Of a stretch of 64,000 nt of DNA, positions 12,806 to 27,300 are shown in pieces (position 1 is the stretch's first letter; each line of letters begins with the position of its first letter). Source of the stretch: Octopus vulgaris. Lineage: Eukaryota. The DNA lies in the NCBI GenBank assembly GCA_951406725.2, contig OX597820.1:105772001-105836000 (forward strand). Direction: 5' to 3'. The notes under the pieces were generated by a model. That model had not been told where the DNA came from and did no database searches. It was given only the letters and a program-made list of their open reading frames with translations. The position numbers and the translations under genes were made by a program.

Positions 12806-15800
12806 TTATGTTTCTTCTGCAATTATTTCATTTTCTTTTAAAATTATTAATATTCCAGATAAGATGTTCAAAGATGTGAAAGAAAGGAATGTTGTCCTTG
12901 AGGATGAAATTTCTCAGCTGAAAGAAAAGAAGATCGTGAAAATTCCACCTCCTGAAGTAAAGTTTTTTTTCTTTTGTATATAATAAGGCATAGTCTTAAG
13001 TGTGTGGTTAAGAAGCTTGGGTTCAGTGCTAGTGTGAGGTACCTTGGGAAAGTATCTTCTATTATAGCCGTGTGCCAACCAAAGCTTAGTGAATGGATTT
13101 GGTTAACAGAAAGTGCAAGAAATCTCTAGCGTATATGTGTGTGTGTGTGTGTGCATACTGCAAAGTGGTTGACGTTAGAAAGGATGTTGTGCCATAGAAA
13201 CCTTACCAAAGTAGACAGTAGAGAGCACAGTGTAATCCTTGGACCTGTTGGACCTTGTCGAACCAGCCAACCTATGCCAGTGTAGAACAAGGACAGTACA
13301 TGATGAGGATGATACAATAGGTTTCTTTTAGTTTCTGTCTACCAAATCCTTTCATAAGACTTTGGTCAACTTGGAAATATAGTAGAAGACACTTGCCCAA
13401 GTTTCATAAAGTAGAACTGAGCCCAAAACCATGTGGTTGGGAAGCAAACATGTTAACCACACAGACATGTCTGTGCCTGTTTGCATGAATAGTTAAAAAA
13501 AATAGCTATGTTTTAAAATTTACAAAGTATATGGAAAATTATTTACTTCATTTTCTTAATCATGACACTTATTGTTCATGCTTGTATTTGATAACAATCA
13601 TTAATCGTACTTGTGTCTAATAACAGTCATTAAGCCTTTTGATATCTCAGGTGGATCATCTGAGATCATCTTGAGTTCCATGATACAAACCTCCAGTTTT
13701 AAAATAATCTTAATTAAAACCTTCTCTCAAAATTCATGTGAATTTTATGTTCTAAATTAAGGCAGCAAGCTGGCAGAATCATTAGCGCACTAGGTAAAAT
13801 GCTCAGCAGTATTTCACCCTTCCCTACATTCTGAGGATATCTTCAGGGTCAATAAATTAAGTTCCAGTCAAGTACTGGGGTGGATGTGATTGACTATCCT
13901 CCACCTCAAACTCCAGACTTTGTGCTTATAGTAGAAAGGAATTTATGTGCAAAATGCTAGCTTAGTAATGATGAAAATATTTTACTAAATTCTTCATTAT
14001 TTTCAGAATTACTTGAAACAAAGGCAGGGGTTTTTTTAACAGAAATATGGTAAGAAAAGGTTTATCATTCATGAGTCTCATAGCAATATCAATTAGGATT
14101 TTGCGGGGACTCTCAAGTGTTGTATAGTGTAGATTTTCTTAAGCCTCGACCCTTTTGTTACCATATTTCAGTTGAACTACACTGCTTTTGTTTTAATTAA
14201 TTTTGAAAATAATAAAGAATTTTGTAAAATAACTTCATCATTGTGAATCTGGTATTTAAAACATAAATTAACATGCAATTTTGTAGGAAGGTTTTGATTT
14301 AAAACCCCTGAAAACAGGAAGTTTGTATCATAGAACTAGGAGTGGTCTCAGGTGGGTTGGTTTCAAAATGGTTAAATTATACTTAAGATTCTGCTCCACA
14401 CAAATGCAGTGTATTTTACAATGTGATTTATGTGTTAAATTACCTTCCTAAAGGTCATGAGTTCACAACTGCCGTAGAGCGTTTCATTGTTTCTATGCTG
14501 AATTCTTTATTATTATTTCATCATCATCATCACTTAACATTGACTTTTCCATGCTTGCATGGGTTTGGTGGAAACTTTTGAGGAAGATTTTTCTAATCTG
14601 GATGTCCTTTCTGTTGCCAAGCAAGGTAAATAATACTTATCTTTGGCCTGACATATTTTTCATGGATGACTGGAAACAAATAACCTCACTCATATGTTGC
14701 CCTACTCTGACAAAATACATTAAGCCAAAATTATCTCAAGAAACCAAGATAATTGCAAAAATTATCCTGAATTTTTTTTCAACTTGTTGTGTGTCATAAG
14801 TTGCTGTATAATGAAAAGTTGAAAAATTTCCAAGATCCTATCTCTAGTATGTATGAGGCATGGTCCAAGGAATTCAGATATCCATTCTCTGACAAAACAC
14901 AGCAAGTCAACATATTGTGCTTTGTCAGAGGGCAGCTATATGACAGTGATGCTTGTTTACAACTGTCACATGATGTAAAGGCAAGGATATATATACACAC
15001 ATAGACATAGAGGCTTCTTTCAGTTTCCATCTGCGAAATCCACTCACAAAGGGCTAAAGTAGAAGATGCTTACCTAGGATACTGCACACTGGAGCTGAAC
15101 CTGAGATCACAGTTACAAAGCAAACTTCTTAACCACATGGTCACATTGATTTTTTTAATTTACAAAATTTTTCTCCATTTTTTTTCTTCAAAATTTCAGT
15201 TCTTAATGTTATGAAACTAGTTAATATAATTTAAGAAGTTTGTTGAATATAATTGTTATTCACAGTACAAAGAAGAAGATTATGGGACTTTCGAATATAT
15301 TCCAAAAGCAAATGAGCTCAAAGAAGTGGTTCCCCATGGAACTGAGTACAAGCTTCCAACACCGAAAATGTCTATGCTTGAAAATATGTCCATTGCAAAT
15401 GTGAGAATTTTATATTTAATGTGTTTTTGTTTTTTTTGTTTTGTTTTGTTTTTAACTATCAAATGTCTATCTTATAATATTGAAGATATTTGTCTAAATC
15501 AGAAGTAAACATTATTATGAAGTTTGCTGCTGAAAGTGAAAGATGAACAATGCATGAAGTTTTAAAGAAATATTTATTTACCGTCACATTACAATACCTT
15601 GCCTCGATGGGCAGGTTATGATGAATCCAAAAGCATGCGAAATAAAGTTAATGTTTGGGTTCTCTTCATTGTTTAGTAGTAATTGCGGAGAGAGATAGAA
15701 TGATGTTGTAAGAGAACAGAATTAGCTAGTGGGAGTTGTAGAGTGTTGCTGACAGTTGCTGACAGTAAACTTCATTTCTCCTTCTGACCAAGGTTCTAGC

Positions 15801-18800
15801 TGGTCAGCCAGACTTCATTGAGTTGTCACCGACTGTGACTAACTGCCTTTTGCTTGGGGAGTGCTTGCTTATATAACTATCCAGACGGATAGATATATCA
15901 TTGAGAACAATAGATTTAGTTGGTGGTCTTGTTATCTCTATTCAAGCTTTTGGTGAAGAAGAAGAGGTTAGAAAGGGTCAAGTGGTGAGGACATTATTTC
16001 AGCCTAGCTAAAGGCATCTGGAAAATGTAAAACTGCTGTCAGAGGAAAACCATGGTTCCATCGTGGGAAAAGTTCTGTTGCAGTGTTAATTTAAATTCGG
16101 CTGTGGTGGATTGAATCCACTTCATGCTTGTAAAATCAACTACTTTTTTGTCTAAATCAGATACCTTTGATTACTATTTTATTCTGCTAGACTCCCATAG
16201 CCGTTCATTATATAAAATCTAGTTTTATAGATACTTTTTTTCAAAATTCTTATTTTGTTTCACTTGTATAGGTTTGAAGTAATACTCTGTGAGAAAACAG
16301 GTTTTAGTTGCCAGAAACATGTTAAACTATGCAAAATATTAGAGAAAGAAACCTTGTAATAAATGCATCTAAAACAACTTTTTTTTAATGAACCCTTAAA
16401 ATACAACTGTGGATCCCAAATTTACTATTTTGCTTGCATGGAACCCCACCACCAAACATCCTATATGAACCCCAGTTGAAAATCACTGGTCTAGATGGTC
16501 GAAGTAGCTTGGTTAAAAAAAAAGGTATTAATGTATTTAGTTTGGACCCTTTAAATGTCATGAGGACATGGGTTTGACTTAGCCTTTTATTCTTCCTAGA
16601 TCAATATAAGTACCAGTTGTATAATAAAGTGGATTTGATCTGCTATTCCTGTTGCGAAATTTGTTTGTATCTAAGAGTAAAAAAAAATCAGTCCCTATTT
16701 TAATTAGCGTATTAATTGGCAATAAAAATGGCAGCTATTTTAATCATATCCTTTGCTTGTATTTTGCTTCTTTTAATCATCATCGTCTTAACATCCACTT
16801 TTCTGTGCTTGCATGGGTCAGATGGAATTTGTTAAGGCAAATTTTCTAAGACTGGCTGCCCTTCCTATCACCAACTCTCATCTCTTTCTAAGAAAGGTAA
16901 TATTTTCCCCATGGCCAGATATGTTTTTCACTGAAGACTGTATGACAGTGATACTCATTTACAACCATTATTATTATTGAGGTATTATTATACAGCTGGA
17001 TGATCTCTCTGTTGCTAGACCTTACCTGTTTTGCAAGTAGTGTATTATTCCAATTATCTTCAAAAGCTTAGAGCTGTGGAACAATGACAGGAAATGGTCA
17101 ACATAATGGCAATTTAATTTGAAGACATTACAGAATGTAAATAAACACTTTAGCACATACAAACACAAACACATTCATATACATATACACTATCTTACAT
17201 GCATACAGGCATGCATATAGACACTCACACACATATTCATACAGATGGATGCACCGCACACACACACACACACAGGATGGGCTTCCATACAGTTTCCATC
17301 TAATAAATTCACAATGTAATTGGTTAGCCTGAAGTTATAGTAGGAAACAACTTGCCCAACATACCTTGCAGTGGAACTGAACCTGAATCCACACAGTTGT
17401 GAACCAAATCTCTTAACAACACAGTTATGCCTGTGTTCCTATTTAACAAAAAAATATTCTAACATTTGATAGAACATTCATCTTCTTCACACATGTTTCA
17501 TCATTTGTTGAGTTTTTTTTTTGTTTGTTCATTGCTTAGCCAGGCAGAAGAGAAAAATACCCTTACACCTCTTCAGGGCCTCTGGGCTGGTGGGAAGGAG
17601 CTTATAATAGTATCCCTAAACAAGAGAACTGGTCCTAATGCTTGCTACAGACTGTACTTCTTTGAAGGCATTCAAGAACCAGGTGACAGATTGTCTACCA
17701 CCCCAGGACCAAATGAAGGTATTGAACTGAGTTCAAGTTGACCTAGATGGAATTTGTACTCACACAGCGGAAACAAATACCACTAGATATACCATCTAAT
17801 GTTTTAGCGATCAATCTTGGAAGGTTGTAAAGTTAAGTTGATCTCAGCAGGATTTGAATCCAAGTTGCAAAGAACTAGAATAAATAACACAAGACATTTT
17901 GTCTGCAGCTCTAACTACTCTGCCAGTTACCTATATAGATAACCGTCATCATCATCATTTAACATAGGTTTTCCATGCTGGCATGGGTTGGATAGTTTAG
18001 GCATGGTTTCTATGGCTGGATGCATTTCCTAACACCAACCACTCTACAGAGTGTACTGGGTGCTGTCATGCACCACTGGTACAAGTGTCTTTATGTGGCA
18101 CTGGCATGGGTGCTTTTTACATGGCACCAACACCTACGAGCCTGCAAGATTAAGATAACTCAGCTGAAGAGGGATGCAGGGGACATACCTGTAGGCAAGG
18201 ACAATCACAATTTTACTTAGCTTCATGATAGATAACAATACAAGACAGTATAATGCCAAATAAGATGATTTACTGTAAGTTACTATTTTGAGTTCAGATC
18301 ACACCTAGATTGCTATCAAAACTGATGTATCATAAGGTATTGAGGGGAAAAATACCTCCTACCACATATAAATTAAGGCAGTTCATCATCATCATTTAAT
18401 GTTCATATTTCATAGGTTGGATGGTTTGACAGAACCCAGTTATCTTGAATGCTGCATTGGTCTCCAATGTCTGCTTTGGCAAGATTTCTGTGGCTGGATG
18501 CCAACCATTTTACATATACCGGGTGCCTTTTTCCATGGTACTAGCACTAGTGGAGTCACCAAGTAACCTACAAGGCGAGGGCCCTTGACAGAGTAGGGGT
18601 ACAGTGTCAAGGAAAGTGGCTTTGTGCCAGGTGTAGAGTGGTTGAAGTAGGAAAGAGAGACAGGATCAAGTGTCTTGTGGAGGAGATATGTGGCTGCCCC
18701 AGCAGAAAAGAGAAAAAGAATTGTCAAGATGAGATATCAGGATATGTTCTCAAGGTACAAAAAGGTTGATAAAAAGAGAATAAGAATAGAGAACCGAGGA

Positions 18801-19197
18801 TGGCTGGGTGGAAGGTAGGTTCATAAGGGTGTGAGAGTGATTGACAGTACAGATGAAGGCAGAAATGAAAGCAGTAAATGGTGAACATGAATACAGATGT
18901 AAGCAATGATGAATAGTTTTGGAATATAGGAGTGGAGGCGGAGGGGATCAGTGGTAATGCAAAAAGAAAGTTCATGTAACATTTTTGAATTGTTTTTTTC
19001 ATTTTTTTTTTATTTTGTAGGAACTGAGATCTATCTTTGAGCATCGAGATGTGGCTTTCGAAGATCCTACAAAGCTTGGGGAAGAGCTGAAGAAATTAGC
19101 TGATTCTATCTCAGTAATAGAAGAGAAAAGACGGCGTGATCAGGTGAATGATTTTGGAAACTTTGATCTGTATCTTTCTGCTCCCCCCTCTCTCTCT

Positions 19198-19243
<46 letters not shown>

Positions 19244-22200
19244 TACATTCACACACACACACACACACAAACACTTGCCATCATCTTTGTTTTGACATCA
19301 ACATTTTTATGGCTGGATGCTCTTACTGTTGTCAACCTTCAGCTGTTTTCAAAGAAGGTAATATTCCCACATGGCTCGACATATTTTCACGGAAAATTGG
19401 AAATGAAGGAAACTGTATGACAGTAACACTCGTTTGCAAATATTGTGCCCAAGGTGAAATTGCATACATATGTATACATGTGTTCATATATCTGTGTATG
19501 TGTGCATGTATATATGTATATACATATATATATATATTTACATGCACATGCATATACAGGGTGCAATGGGTAAATTGTCACCATTTTATATTTTTATTTC
19601 ACGCGCATGCATTGCTTGTTTTTGATTTTGTTGACTACACAGTATAATAGGGGCAGTTGGGCACCGTCTGTGAGAAAACAGCACCTCGACACAATTCACT
19701 CTGCCAGAAATTTGGAAACGATATGCTGTACTGCTTGGCATTCATGCCAGAAGTTCTAATATGAACATTTCAGAGTGTTTGGGTGTCAGTTTGAGGACAA
19801 TACAAGCTGAGGACATGTACCAAGAGTAATAAAAATCAAACATTCAGTCAACATTATGGTGTTTGGAGTGATCACTAGTGATGGCGACATTATGCCTCCA
19901 TTCATCTTCCCACATGATCTCAGACACAATACGGAGACCTACATCAAGTAGCTTGAGGAGGTAGTACCGCCCTGGGTCAAGAAGGCGGTTGCTGGAAGAC
20001 CTTATGTCTGGCAACATGACTCTGCACCATGCCACACAAGCTGGAGAACCCGTCATGGCTGTCAGACAATTTCTGCGACCACATCACTCTTAACATCTGG
20101 CCACCTAACTCCTCAGACTGCAACCCCCTTGATTATTTTGTGTGGGGTGCATTTGAGTGAGAGACCAACAAAACTCCTTGTAACACCAAAGACAAACTGA
20201 AGGCAAGGACTATGACAGCATTCACCAACTTAAACAACAAGGAGTCTGTCCAGAAGAGTTGCAGCAGAATCTGAAGTCGTCTGGAGGCCATGGTTGAAGC
20301 CAATGGCGATTTTATTGAATAAATTTACTCTTTAGTATTTCAAGATATTTTATGTAATTTTAGTAAATATATCTGTTAAAATGAGATGTCAGTGTGATTT
20401 TCATTTTTGCATAATTTAGACGACAGTTTATTCACTGCACCTTGTATGTATAAATTACATATATATGTGGACTGTATGTCATCAACACTTCCAAAATATA
20501 ACTCTGCTCGTAGTGTCTTGGAGATATCCTCATTCCAAACACTGGCACAAACTAGACTTGATACTTATAGGACATATGTGAGAAATATATTTATGTATTG
20601 ATCCTTCCAAGATGCTGACTGTGACAGGGATCACTCTTTAGTTTGTTGCAAGATCGGACTGCTGTGAAGAAGATGCACTACAAGCAACCACACAGTAAGC
20701 AGCACATTAATTTCACCGTGACACAACACTTAGGTAAAGAAGTGTTTTATCATGTTACTGGAAGAAGATGCTCTCCTTACAGAGATCTCCCACTAGCTGG
20801 TGAGGTACAGATGAGATGAAATTCTCTCAGGGACATCATCTAAAGTGCTGTACTGTATTGGTGAGAAATGGTGCAAGATGGATTGTTTTGAAGTAAGTTT
20901 GGGCAGATTCACAACTGCCATCAAGATTTATCTGTAACTGACCAGGAACTGATAAAAAGTTACATTCAAGTAGAGTTGGAAGAGCCTATCAACAACAAAC
21001 CATGCATTTCTTTCCTTTATTTCTATTTCATTTCCTTACTGTTGTTAGTAATTTAGAGCAGTATGTGGAAGCACTCCATCGGTTACGACGACGAGGGTTC
21101 TGGTTGATCCGAATCAATGGAACAGCCAGCTCGTGAAATTAACGTGTAAGTGGCTGAGCACTCCACAGACACGTGTACCCTTAACGTAGTTCTCGGGGAT
21201 ATTCAGCGTGACACAGAGAGTGACAAGGCCAGCCCTTTAAAATACAGGTACAACAGAAACAGGAAGTAAGAGTGAGAGAAAGTTGTGGTGAAAGAGTACA
21301 GCAGGGATCACCACCATCCCCTGCCGGAGCCTCGTGGAGCTTTAGGTGTTTTCGCTCAATAAACACTCACAATGCCCGGTCTGGGAATCGAAACCGCGAT
21401 CGTATGACCGCGAGTCCGCTGCCCTAACCACTGGGCCATTGCGCCTCCACAGAGCAGTATGTACTTAGCTTCTGTCTTACTTCCTCTACAATCATACAAT
21501 AATAGGCAAGCAGTAAAATTAATAAGACGCATATACAGTCACACTCTATCTGTATCTTTGTAACTTTTATTTTTCTCTCCTTATCTACCATCAGGAAGTC
21601 TTAAAGGTTTTGACAAAGGAACTAAAAAAATGCAGATCTGAGAATGAAATATTCAGGTAAGTGATAGCATTTTCACATAAGCATCTATTGAAAAATAAAT
21701 TGCGTATATCTTATGTGAAATTTTTGACAATTTTTCCAGCTTTGGATATTTTCGTTTAATTTCTTCATTCTCTGACATATGAAAGAAAATTTGTATCACT
21801 CTCACTCACATATGTGATAGATATAAAAATGAGAGTAAGCAGGAATAATTCATACTAGCAAAATCTTCATAATACTATGAAATAAAGATTACAAGTACTG
21901 AGAGAAACTTATTGAATATATTTACTACTTGCAGCTACCTGCTTTCAAAATTTATCTGTCACTAAATTCTGAAAAAAAAATTTATCAAATGTTTGTCGTA
22001 TAATTGTCTCTATGTTATACTGTTATCTTGCTTTGCATATCCTGGATTGAATGTTAGCTGTAATGATGAGTCCCATTGCTCCATTGAGTTGTCAAGGCAA
22101 CATTGATAATAAATGTTTCTTCAGATAGTTTATAGAGAGCAAGTCAACCAAGTAGAATCTTTTCCTCTACAAGTATATCAAGCAAGCTTTGCACTATATC

Positions 22201-24349
22201 ATTACAGAACATTTGCCCATTTAACAGTGCTATTGCTGCTTACAGAAGTGAGTTGCATTATTCTGTGATACCTCTATACAAACTAGCCTGGACTGGTTTA
22301 TTGACTGCGGACACGGCATAGTGCTGTGTCTATAGCCAGGTAACCATACCACCAGTTCTTTGACTGTTAGTACCACATCGTATCATACATATCTCCAGTT
22401 CTTTCAGTAGAATAAACAATCAACTGAAGAAGAGAGATATTTGTTTGCACACTGTAATAGTGTTGACCCTTTTGATACCAACCCACTTGAAACCCCGCTT
22501 GGGATACAAATCTCTTATTTTAAAAATCATATAAATTAAAACCTTCCAATAAAACCTTATGTTAATTTATGTTCCAAACACCAGCTTAATAATACAATTA
22601 TCTTAAAAAATTCTTCATAAATTTCTTAATCAATTGAAACAAAAGCTGTGTTAAAGGGTTCAACCACTGGTTTTGTTGTCAAGGGCTGAAATAAGCTGTA
22701 AATATTGCATTATGAACTTTCTTCATTCCAATATGTACTCTTTTGCAGTAAACTACCCCTCTGCTAGTTGCAAACAAATGAACATACTCCCCTCTTTGGA
22801 AGGGTGTATGTTTAGTTGATTGCAACACCAGTATATTTCATTGATTCCTGAGAGAATGAAAGTCAGCTCTGGCAGGATCTGGACCGAGCAGGTTGAAAAA
22901 TAATTATAAATCTATATACTGTTAGGAAATTTAGTTTCAACACTACTGCTTCTACCAAGTCAACATTCACATTTTCCATAAATAATAACTTTAGGGTCAA
23001 TACTTGAAAGGGAGGTATGCAGTTGATGCAGTCTGTTTGACAAGTTAACTACATTGAGTAAAATCAACTGCCTTTGTGCTAGTTGCAATCAACTAAACTT
23101 ATAACTCCACTCCAATATGTGCCCTTGTGCTAGCACAAAGAAATTGACATATTCATGCAAAACAATAACATGAGAAACAATTATTTAACATCTTTTAAAA
23201 AATTTCTTACAGGAGAGAAAATGAAAATTTTCAGAAGCAATTTCTTCCAAATCAAGCAGGTGCAGCGGAAAAAGAAAAATATGTCTTTGTGGAGACTGAT
23301 CCTGTAAGTCCCAAATTTGACCTAGTTCCTAGTGGATAATAATTTGGAGTGGATAAATTTATTTTCATTTTAGTTTCTTTTTAACCCACATTTGTTTATT
23401 ATATTTCTATTGAATTACACCACTTTTGTTTTATTTTATTTTATTTTGAAAACAACGACGAATTTAATAAAGTAACATCTTAACTACACAGCCATGTGGA
23501 AATAACTTTTGATTTGTTTTAATTTTACAAGTCATTTTTATGGAGGGGTCAAAAATGACTGTAATAATTGACTATTTTGAAAGGAATTATTTATTTATTT
23601 AGCTTGGAAATACTTCTGATGAATGGAAGAACATGTATTTTACTACTAAAAAGAAATCAGACCAGGATTTAACTGATCTTCGGAAACATCTGGAAGCAAA
23701 ATGCAGACAAAATAGCCAACTTGAAGCTCAGTTAGCCAACGAAAAGAAACAACACAATTCGGAAATTGCAGAATTGATTAAGGAATTGTCCACCAAGTTA
23801 GTAAGTACAGCTCTTTTTTTTTTTATGTGATTTGTCAGTGTGAACCACTAGATCAAAATTCCTGCATACTGCAGATCCATTAATCTGAATCCAGCACGAA
23901 GAAGATTGTTGTTTGGTGATTTAGAGAATGATGTTACCAACTTTGCTTCATTCACCACCACCATTATCATTGTTGTGCTTGCAAGGGTCAAATGGAATTC
24001 GTTGAGACAGATGCACTATCTGTTACCAATCCTCCTGTTTCCAAGCAAGGTAATATTTCCCCATAGTTGGACATATTTTCATACAAAATTGAAAACAAAC
24101 AGTGCCAACATATATGCTACTGGAACTGTCCTAGAGTAGAAAGAAGCATGGTACTTTTGTGTTGTGTGTGATCTGCATTGATAGATATATGGTATCGTCC
24201 ATGCAGACCATTGCAGGAGAGTTTTCTCAGTGATTCAGAAAATGCTAAAAATCTTAAATACTGCTAATGGGGCATGTGTATTTCATTGTGACAACAGAAA
24301 TGCATGCACACTTCCTCTTCTCTGCTTTGAAAGAATTTTAATATTTTTT

Positions 24350-24393
<44 letters not shown>

Positions 24394-27300
24394 GACGTAG
24401 TCAGTCCACCTGTGCATACCTTCCTTCTTGTGACACTTGTGAAGACCGAAGACCTGTTGAGGCAAGTGAAAATCAAAACAAATCAAAAATAGATGAACAT
24501 CAATGGAATTTGTATCTTTGTGGTACCAGTGCCGGTGGCACGTGGCACACAAGAAAACCATCCGAACGTGGCCGTAGCCAGTACCGCATCGACTGGCCTC
24601 CGTGCTGTGGGCACGTAACAAACACCATCCGATCGTGGCCGTTTGCCAGCCTCATCTGGCACCTGTGTCGGTGGCACATAAAAACACCATCCGAGCGTGG
24701 CCGTCTGCCAGCCTCATCTGGCACCTGTGTCGGTGGCACATAAAAACACCATCCGAGCGTGGCCGTTTGCCAGCCTCGTCTGGCACCTGTGTCGGTGGCA
24801 CATAAAATCACCCACTACACTCTCGGAGTGGTTGGCGCTAGGAAGGGCATCCAGCTGTAGAAACACTGCCAGATCTGACTGGACTGGTGCAGCTTTCGGG
24901 CTCCCCAGACCCCAGTTGAACCGTCCAACCCATGCTAGCATGGAAAGCGGACGTTAAATGATGATGATGATGATATATATATATATATATAGTAATTATC
25001 CTTAACAGACTACAGCCAAGCATTGGTAATATAAAGTACCATTCAAATACAGGAGTTGATGGTATTGAATAAATCCTCTTCTCAAAACTATTGACCTTAT
25101 GCCTAAATCAGTCACCATTACTAACACTGTGTAACACGATTTTTGTCCTTGGGTAGCCGCAGTTTTTTCCTATTTGCTTACCCCAAAAAAGTATGAAAAA
25201 TGGCTAATATTTCCTTCAAACTTTGCTTTTGTTACATTTATTCACATTCAAAGTATCTTTCTCTGCACATGGCTATGGTGCTCCCCAACTACTCCTACTC
25301 ATGATCAGAGATGCACATATTGTCAGCCACTAAGGGACATGCTCAAGTGGTTATGGTCAAGCAATTGAGAAGCAAATCTGTGGTATTGAATAGAATATTT
25401 GCTATAACAATATTTTTGCTTCAGTAACTCTTTGCTGAATCTATCTGAAAATAGGCCAGTTTTAAAACATTGATGTCCAGGTCATAGACAAAATTTAGTG
25501 GTCATTTCCTTTGATTTCTAGATAGAAGCAAATAGCAAATAAAACTTAGTGACCAAAGACAAATAAACAGAAAAATATTGTTATAGACTGTAAATTTTAA
25601 TTTACATTTACTTAAATTTTTGCAGCAGCAGCAAAAAGTTATGAATGCTTTAACTCTTTTGTTACTTCATTATTGTTAAAATATACTGTTTAAAATAACC
25701 TTATCATCATTAAGTAATAACAAAGTTTTTATGGAAAATTTTACTTTAGGTCACTATAAAAATGGGAATTTGTTTCGTAGAACTAGGGGCTGTCTTAGGC
25801 AACAGTAATTTAGTTTATAGTTAACAGTAATTTAGAATTCAAGTTTCTTTTTATTTTTAGGAACATGGTAAAGCTGAAGAGGAAGATGACATGATAAGTC
25901 AACAGGTAAGTTTGCATTTGAATTACGATTTTATTGAGCATGACATGTGTGAGGGGGTGCTGAAAAGTTCCTGGCTTTAAGAGTATCACAAAAGGCCTGA
26001 TTGGAGATTCAACCTTTTGAGTTCTTTTACAGGGCTTAGAAAAACAGAAGGACTGCTGCAATAAGTGTGTGAATCTGAGAGGAGAATATGTTCAATAAAA
26101 TCACAACTAGCTGATCCTCCTGTATTCTCTTTTACCTGAAGCCAGCAACTTTTCAGCACCCTCCTGTATATTTATTCATTTTATCATAAAATAAAAAGTT
26201 TTAGGTTTGGTTATTGAAAGTTTACAGGCTGATTGTTATAGTTATTGACAATATTTTACAAATATTTACAATGCAAAATGGCCACTCTTTGCATTCACCA
26301 TAGCCTTTAATCTTTTCTCAACTGAAGTGCATGACTTTCTTATAAATAATGGGTAAATATTTATGTCACACTCGGTATAATTCTTCAAGATGTAGTAAGG
26401 AAATTGTTTATTCTCTCACAGATCTGAACTGTAACAAAAATCAATGAAGCTAAAATTTGAGTAATTTCTGTCATAGTATTTAAATCACACATACTAACAT
26501 GTTATTTATTAGTCTATTTTATTCTGATTTAGATGCAAATCTTTCAAGACGATTTTAAAGTGGAACATGAAGAACGTATGAAAGCTCAAGCTGCTAAACT
26601 GGAGATGGAGAAAAAGTTCGATGCTCTTCAGAAGGAATTTCAAGAAAAAACTAATACGGTAAGATTTATAATTTTTCTGAAATTAACCACTTCTTTAGAT
26701 GTTTAGACCAATAACACATGTATATGGCACAGTAGATAACAAAGTTATTGCCCTTCATTTAGAAATAAAAGTTATGTGGTTAAGAAATTTGCTTCACAAC
26801 CAAGGTTCATGGCACCTTGGGCAAGTGTCTCCCACTTATAGTCCTGTGTCTTTTAACATCCATCTTCCATCCCAGCTTGAGTTGGTCATTACTGTTAGCT
26901 TTATTATCACCATTAGGGCTGTTGTGTCCATCGTCATTAACATAATTATTACCAAAGTCACTGCCACCACTTATCATCATTATCATCTTCACCACCACCA
27001 CCTGCATCACTGCCACCACTTATCATCATTATCATCTTCACCACCACCACCAGCATCACTACCACTACAGCCACCATCACCATCATCATTATCATCTTTA
27101 TTCTCATCTTTTTGTTGATCCCTAATTTGGCCGTGATCGGACAAACCTTTGATCAAGAGCGTTCAAACTGAGATCACTCTCATCGTTGTTTAAGTTATAA
27201 AACAGCTGAGATTACATTATCCTGGATACCTATGTGTCATTCTCTTTTTAAAACGGCAGGGTGTGTTTTGAGAGAGAATAGGTTGCTATTTCTCTCTTAC

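Noticed and set aside
19144-19647. 198-aa ORF 19051-19647 as a single exon
   Set aside because: Only 19021-19143 is exonic; the remainder reads through a donor into microsatellite and repeats
21375-21450. tRNA gene
   Set aside because: A/B boxes are the head of a TSD-flanked SINE; no full cloverleaf
24560-24806. Regularly spaced repeats resembling a CRISPR array
   Set aside because: Contiguous 62-bp tandem units with no unique spacers, inside a eukaryotic retroelement; no cas genes
26960-27100. His/Pro/Ser-rich ORF 26699-27118
   Set aside because: (CAT/CAC)n microsatellite plus SINE remnant inside an intron
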